Shown here one piece after another: positions 57,120 through 64,000 of a stretch of DNA of 64,000 bases. The stretch comes from Camelus ferus. Lineage: Eukaryota. Both the position numbers and the translations under genes were made by a program. The notes under the pieces were generated by a model that saw only the letters and a program-made list of their open reading frames with translations, was not told the origin of the DNA and made no database searches. The DNA lies in contig NC_045696.1 in assembly GCF_009834535.1 (NCBI RefSeq), positions 71,426,001-71,490,000 on the forward strand, read 5' to 3'. Every line of letters starts with the position of its first letter. The first letter of the stretch is position 1.

Positions 57120-58240
57120 CCTGTTGGGATTTTAATCGGATTATCTACGTATCAACTTGGGGAGAAGTGTTATCAGCACAATATTGAGCCTTCTTATCCA
57201 TGAACATGGTTTATTACTCTAATTATTTAGTTCTTTCATGTCTTTTAATAAAATTTTTATACATTTTCATGAAAGACGAGTATATCTTTTATTTATTACA
57301 TTGTATTCTTATTACTATAGTAAATGTATCTTTTTAATGTTTTCTAAGTCTGTCATACAGAAACAGTCCACTTCTGTGTACTAGTACTGTATTCAATAAT
57401 CTTGCTAAGCTCTCATTAACTCTAAAGCTGTCAAAAATTGTTTTAGATTTTTCTTTCTTTTCTAATCTTTATACTTTAAAATTGTCTTATCTGACTATAC
57501 CCATTAGTATCTCCAAGTGCAATGGTGAATAGGAGTAGTGATACCAAGTATCTCTTGTTCCTGACCCTAAAGGGAAAGCATTTAATATTTCACCATTAAG
57601 TACGATATTTGCTGCAGATTTTTTGAAGATATTCTTTACCTGAGTTAACTAAACTCCAAATTTGCCATGAGGGTTTATCACAAATAAACACTAAATTTTG
57701 TCAAATGTTACTTCTGCATCTTTTGAGGTGATCATAATGTTTTATCTCTTTCAATCTGTTAATGTGGTTATTATACTTACTGATTTCTAATGCTAATTCA
57801 AACGTATTTTTTTGGTCATGAAGTATTGTCATTTCTATAGTTACTGACTTTAGTTTGCTAATGACTTTATTCAGTATTTTTGCATCTATATTCATGAATG
57901 TCAATGTCCTACAATTTTCCTTTTCTAATGAACTCCCTATTTGACTTTATTAACAAAGTTATGGGACCTTCATAACGTAAGTTAACAAATGTTGTCTCTT
58001 TACCCCCAGAAGATTCTGTATGCAACTGGAATTAGCTGTTCACTCAGACTTCAAGGCAATCTCGTGGTAATTTGGTTTTGTGAAGAAAATGTTTTTAAAA
58101 TCAATAATTAAATTTACTTAGTAGTTCTAAAACTATTCAAGGTTTTTCCTTTTTTGAGTCATTTTAAGTAGTATTTTTCTAGGAATTCTCCATTTCACCT
58201 AAATTTTCAAATGTATTAGCATAAAGATGACATTTTATCT
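57120..58240 (-). mobile_element. Old LINE-1 ORF2 fragment
   Basis: minus-strand ORF 57701..57904 MNIDAKILNK...ILHDQ...HINRLKE resembles the L1 RT region. Confidence 0.82.
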
Positions 58241-59829
58241 CAATAAAATAATTTCTTTTAACTAGATAGTTATATCCATGTGCATTTTTATGATTGTTGA
58301 TACATTTAAATGTATTGTTATTAAATTATTTTATACTATTTGTTTTGTATTTTTCCTTCTCGACATCCCTCCTCCTGCCCCTCTTTGCCATCTTTTGGAA
58401 TCAGGTTTTTTTCCCTTTTTTCATTCAATTCCCTTCCACCTGTTACTACTTTTAAAGTTTACATCTCTATGTCTATTCTTTTAATCTAAAGTAAATCAAT
58501 AATTTTTACACTTGTCCAGAACAAATAAGGATTTTTTAACTTTCATGCCAATCATTCTTCTCTACTTAAAATTCATGGTTAATCAGTATTTTAGTTCTAA
58601 CTGGTCTTTTAAAAAAAACAAAACAAAACAAAACCTATAAATTGGACTATAACTGTTTGAAAATGTCAATGATTGCTTCTCCTCAATCTTCTCATGGCCT
58701 AGTGGGTCTACTGAATTTCTAGTTTTGGCCTTTTCTAGGCTGACCTATATTGTGCTGTAGTTGAGACCACAATTCTAACACTTCACATTAGTCCCCTTAG
58801 TTGAATTCATGTTAACTCTAAAATAATCCATAAAACAGAAACTGAATTTCCATAATCCAGGTCTTTTAGTTCTACTTAAATATTACCACATACATCATTG
58901 AGAATCTTCGTTTTTGTTACCTTGGAATTTAATACACTTCTTGTTGGTTATTAGTGGTCCATTAACTGGGACTTGGAAGATTCTCTCCACATCTGATCCC
59001 CCACCCCCAGAAACTTACTGTAATTCTGAATCTTTTATTTTCAATAATTGAATCTAATTACAATTTTCATAAATATATCAATTTATTCATTAATCAAATA
59101 TGTACTGAACACCAACTACTAAAAGATACGAAAACAAACAAGACATAGTTTCTACTCCCAAAGACATTCCAGTCTGATTTTGAAAAAATATATGAAAACA
59201 GGAAATGATTATATAACATGATAAACATGACAAGAGAGCACAGAGGAAGTACCCAATGAGGAGGAGAAGGGCAAATAAGGCTTTATGAGGAAGTAACATT
59301 ATTACTGTGTTTGAAGATTTATGTCTTTATCCATTCCTAGATACTTGACAGAAATGATGACACTCCCACAAGAAAGCACGAGATCAGACTGTCAAAGAGA
59401 CAGCCCTTTAGCTTGGAGGAACTCTGCCTTCAAGACCTACTCTACAACCTTTTGTTACAAATTTAAAACATTTCAATTTGGGGCAATTAAACATTTTTAG
59501 GAATTAGGAAGGCCCCAGGGATAGGACTAGGTCAGAAGTCAAAAGTTTCTCCAAACTTATCCACACTTACATGCTAGATAAAACAAACCAATTGTGTAAA
59601 AGTTCATGTCTTCAAATTTTTTACCAAGCAAAATTTTATTCTATGTCGAAGATTAGCAGACACACTGAAGTAGACTCAAGTCTCTGAAACTTCACTTACT
59701 TTTAAAACAACTAAGAGTGTGGGGGAAAAAAATCCCTTATTCCTACTGTAACGCTGTGATAATAAGAGTATGCCAGAGTATTACCATAAATGGATGACTG
59801 AAAATAAGACAATTCAACTGGATACTCAC

Positions 59830-59942
59830 TTGGACACATTGCCCACTACTATTGTTTTCTTTACAAAAAGTCGTGAAGTCTCATCTCCTGTAAGATCAGC
59901 ATTCCGCTGCTCTGTTTTGGAGCCAGTAATACTAGAAGTGTC
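59830..59942 (-). CDS. YEATS2: YEATS2 coding exon (DTSSITGSKTEQRNADLTGDETSRLFVKKTIVVGNVSK), start of YEATS domain
   Basis: acceptor ttttccag|GAC, donor AA|gtgagt; 113 nt, phase 0-2. Confidence 0.96.
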
Positions 59943-60359
59943 CTGGAAAAAAATCATAATCAATTTTCCTTTTCAATTTGGACAATTTTCAATAGGCAGA
60001 AAACACAAAATCACATGATACGAATGGAGTAACTCAGAACTATTTTTTACCAAATCTCTGGCATTGTGGCATCTCTCAGCATGAAAGAATAATTTTACTA
60101 TAATTTTTGCATTAGTTTACAGTAAAAGTCTGTATACTGTACTTCCACATATGTTTGTGTGTTTTTAATAGTCACACACAGCTGCTTCATATATGCAAAT
60201 AGGATGTGGAAGGATACACAAGAAACTACTACAGTGGTTACCTCTGGGAAATGGGAATGGGGCAAGGACTCAATGGAATTTACTTCCTCTCCAGCCTTCT
60301 ATATTATTATAAATTTTTCAATAAGAAGTAATATAAAATAATGGCTAATTTAAAGTTTG

Positions 60360-60560
60360 ACTATAGAAACAGACTGCTAGTGTTTAAGCCTTGGCTCTTA
60401 CATTTACTAGATGTGTAATTCTGAGTAATTACTTAACTTCTCTGTCTCAACTTTCTCACCAATAAAATAAGGATGATAATAGTATCTATCTCAGATGACT
60501 GTTTTGTATAGTTCTTAGAAAAATGCCTGGTACACAGTAAACACTAAATATTTGTTATAT
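60360..60560 (+). mobile_element. MIR SINE
   Basis: core aattacttaacttctctgtctcaactttctcacc and tail aatgcctggtacacagtaa. Confidence 0.72.
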
Positions 60561-61239
60561 AAACATGAACGTGAATATTACATAAAAGATGGTAGGTTTC
60601 TAAATCTTATATCTAGTGTGACCTATATTTGTTTTAATTAAAACAAGAAAAACATATGCAGTATTTCCCCAGAAACTATACTGGAAGGAGACTTGAATGA
60701 TTTTTCTATTCTCTTTTACTTTTCTGCAGTTTAATGACCTGCAGAAAATGCATTTGAACATATATGAATTTGTAATCAGAAAATATTTTTTAATTTTATC
60801 AAAAATAAATCAAATCCTTGATGTCTGAGCATGTGGAAAACAGCCTGGAAATTTCCTCTATCACAGAATATCTAGCTGAGAAAAACCACTGGTCTCATTC
60901 AGTAAGGAATCTATAGCCAAATACTATACCAAGAAGTTCAGAGCAGCTCAAGATGGGAATTCAAATAACAAACTGACAGGATCAAAGAGCAATAAACAGT
61001 TTTCAATTCTACTTATTTTTCTAATCTCCTCCAGTTATTAAAGCATTTTAGAATATAATGTATCAAAGATGAAACTACTGAAGAGCCATTGCTCTTGAGA
61101 GAATAAACATGACACAGTGGAAAGACCTTGGGCAAGGTCACAGCACTGGCAACTCCTCAAGGTTTCTTTTCACATCTACGTGAATGGCATCTATGAGTTG
61201 TGCAGTGCGCAAGAGCCTTGAATTCTAAAATCAGAAAGA

Positions 61240-61400
61240 TTTTTAAGTTTAATTCTCACTTCTGATACTTGTGGACAAACATAACTAACTTCACTGAGAC
61301 TCAGTTTCCCCATCTCTAAAATGGATACAATTAACTTATTTCCCAGGGTTCATATGATGGTTAAATGAGCTAATATGTGCATACTTAATAAATACTGGTT
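61240..61400 (+). mobile_element. MIR SINE
   Basis: core aacttcactgagactcagtttccccatctctaaaatgg. Confidence 0.7.
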
Positions 61401-61439
61401 CCCTTCTCCTGTGGCTCCCTCCCATCCATCTAACTATAC

Positions 61440-61685
61440 CCTTCCAGGATTTCGGCTTGGTCTCTGCTCCATGTTGCTTGAGAGTCTTTCTTCTATGTCC
61501 ATATTGCTGTTAGTGTCTTTGTCAGATAAGAAGTCATTGTGTTGAGATAAAGAGTCACTTTCTGAATGATTGGCCGATGGTGTTTCTGATCTCTGATTGG
61601 CAGGAGATGATGACCTAGATGGTGATTCTAAAAATTTCTTGATAGCAGGATGATTAAAAACCATTGTATCACATGTCTTCGATCC
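61440..61685 (-). CDS. YEATS2: YEATS2 coding exon (GSKTCDTMVFNHPAIKKFLESPSRSSSP...EQRPSRNPGR)
   Basis: acceptor ttttgcag|GGA, donor AGG|gtatag; 246 nt, phase 0-0; within ORF 61434..61703. Confidence 0.96.
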
Positions 61686-62644
61686 CTGCAAAAATGAAAG
61701 CAAAACAAACTTGCTTAAAACCCTTCAAAATCTCCCCACACCCATAAAATGAAGTCCAAACTCCTTAATGTAATCCAAATCAACAAAAAACTAGAGAATG
61801 ATAAATAATTACGCAAGGTCCTAACATTAAAAAGCTAAAGATGCAAGTCCTCAGAAGATAAATTTAAAGATAAATATATAATAACATATGAAAAGTCAGA
61901 TTTGACTTAAAAAAAAGTCTCACATTGCTTGACACAAACACATCAACTGCTCTAAATAAAACATTCCCATAAGAAATATAATTTTAAAAAGTGTATATAA
62001 AATGGCTCCCACATAGAAGTAAAATATAGCATAGAATGCTTTAAAATGATTAATATTGCTATGTAAAGTTTGCCCTAAGTCCAGTACTAAAGCCAGCCTA
62101 TTTTTCTGTATCTTGTTATTTGCATATAAAATACAGCATGTTCTGTTATAATGTAATACACTGTAGTTACATTCCTAGAAAGTCCAGCTTTCAGAAATTG
62201 TGCTAATGATTAAACAAGCGAGTAAATGGGGGCCAGAGATTAGTGTTTCAGAGTCAAAGCAACAAAGTTGTTCTATTTCAATAATAAAGGTTTATTTCAG
62301 AGCTATAAATATATTATATTAGAGCAAACTAAAAATAATTAAACGGCAGATCATAATAGACAAAAATATACCTAACTATCCTTGAATAAATCATAATCAG
62401 AATATAACAGGATAAAAATCAGTGTATTTCTAGGCTATCAAATGAAACAGTTCAATACTACTAATGGTTAAAAAGTGGGGGAGGGGGACGGCTTATGGTT
62501 TAAAAAAGGGAGGGGTAACAAAACATTAAATGAATAACCAGCTCTTCAAACAGAGCAGCTATAGTCCTATGTCATGCAGCTGCCAGCTTGTGATGTCTAT
62601 CTTTTTTAATTCAACAGCAAGCCATATAACAGAGGACATTAGAA

Positions 62645-63100
62645 TCTGCCCTGGGTTAAATCTCTCAAAAATTCATGTCCACCTAGAACCTGGAATGTGA
62701 CTTTATTTGGAAATAGTCTTTTCAGATGTAATCAAGTTAAGATGATGTCATATTGGATTTGGGTAGGCCTACTCCGATGACTAGGGTTCTTAAAAGAGGG
62801 AAACTTGGATACAGAAAGAAACAGAGAAGATACACAGAGGGAAAAGTTAATGTGAAGTTAAAGGCAGAGACTGAAGTGATGCAGCTACAAGCCAAGGAAT
62901 GCCAAGTACTGCTAGCAACCACCGGAAACTAGGGAAAAACAAAGAATTCTTCCCTAGAGTCTTCATAGGGAGCATGGCCCAGCCAACATCTTGACTTTGG
63001 ACTGTCAGCCTCCAGAATCATGAGATAATAAATTTCTGCTGTTTAAGCCACCGAGCTTGTGGTAATTTGTTATGGTAGCTCTGGAAAAGTAGTTCAGACT
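62645..63100 (+). mobile_element. MaLR (MLT1-type) solo LTR
   Basis: aatgtgactttatttggaaatag, caagccaaggaatgcc, aataaatttctgctgtttaagccacc, ttgtggtaatttgttatggtagc are MLT1 hallmarks. Confidence 0.85.
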
Positions 63101-64000
63101 CTAAAATGTAATATGGAAACTCCTGCAGTAGAAGAAACAACTATCTACCATCTAAGATTAAACTCATATAATGCTTCAGGGGTACTTCCAATACCAGATA
63201 CCCTAAAGCTCCACGGGATGACAAGAAAGCCTACACGACAGGTACCTCTCATCTGCAAAAACCATGCCAAGCAGTATGTTACCAAGCTCCCCCTAGCCTT
63301 TCCACTATTTTCACTGAGCCAGTGCCATCTAATTTTAACTGGAAAAAACTCATAAAAAAAGAAAAAAACAAACAAAACTTATGCTGAAATTATCAAAGTG
63401 TCAAAGAAGAAATACTTCTGTATCAGTTCAATCTTATCCCCATCCTTTATAACTGGAGCAATCTAGCGGCAAGCACATTAACCAAGTGATTAAACTTGGT
63501 ATCACTAACAGTAGCACAACCTGGTATTTCTCTTAATGTGATATAATATGAGGCACAGAGCATCACCTACGAAGTATTATCGCCAGAAAGATTTAACCTT
63601 GCCTTAATATAATCAAATTCTTTAGACTTGGCTCCTATTTTATGGAAAAATAGATGGAATGAAGGAATAACCCAAGGGTGAAAAAATCCAAAATGTGGAA
63701 CATTCCACAAGTTAAATGGTCTGGTCTCTTCTAATAAGTCAATATCACAGGGAAAAAAGGTGGGAGCAATGTTCTAGATAAAATGAGACTAAAGAAACAA
63801 AACAGCCAAATGTAACACATGAACCCTCACTGGATCCTGGTTCAAAAAAACCAGCTTTAAAAGACATTTTGGGGACAACAGGGAAAATATGAATATGGAC
63901 TGGTTATCAGATAGCATTAGGGAATTATTCTCTTAGGTATTGTGATTATACAGAAGACTGTCCTTTAGGATTAGGTATTTAGGGATGAAGTGCCATGATG

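Noticed and set aside
61686..64000. Pentanucleotide TTTTA/TTTCA expansion associated with human YEATS2 (familial adult myoclonic epilepsy)
   Set aside because: That repeat is in intron 1, upstream of this window; no such array is seen here.

Overview
Mammalian genomic DNA lying entirely inside YEATS2 (YEATS domain-containing 2, an acyl-lysine reader and scaffold subunit of the ATAC complex), transcribed on the minus strand. I traced 22 consecutive internal coding exons from 61685 down to 320. All have GT-AG boundaries and compatible phases, totalling 3252 nt (1084 codons) in one open frame that matches the human protein as I recall it (roughly human exons 5-26). They cover the full YEATS domain and the long Ser/Thr/Pro/Gly-rich middle region; the start and stop codons lie outside the window. 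Introns are filled with L1, MIR, LTR and DNA-transposon remnants, three tRNA-Ala-derived SINEs suggesting a camelid genome, and a full-length U6 retrocopy. No prokaryote-type system is present and I did not find a clearly new biological system. The best leads are intronic: a candidate 25-nt poison microexon inside the YEATS domain, a candidate in-frame 111-nt cassette exon in a unique regulatory-looking block, a 30-nt polyadenylated micro-retrocopy with a perfect target-site duplication (TSD), an inverted pair of L1 tails able to form a pre-mRNA hairpin, and a NAGNAG acceptor on a SUMO consensus. Repeat family names and boundaries are by eye and approximate.
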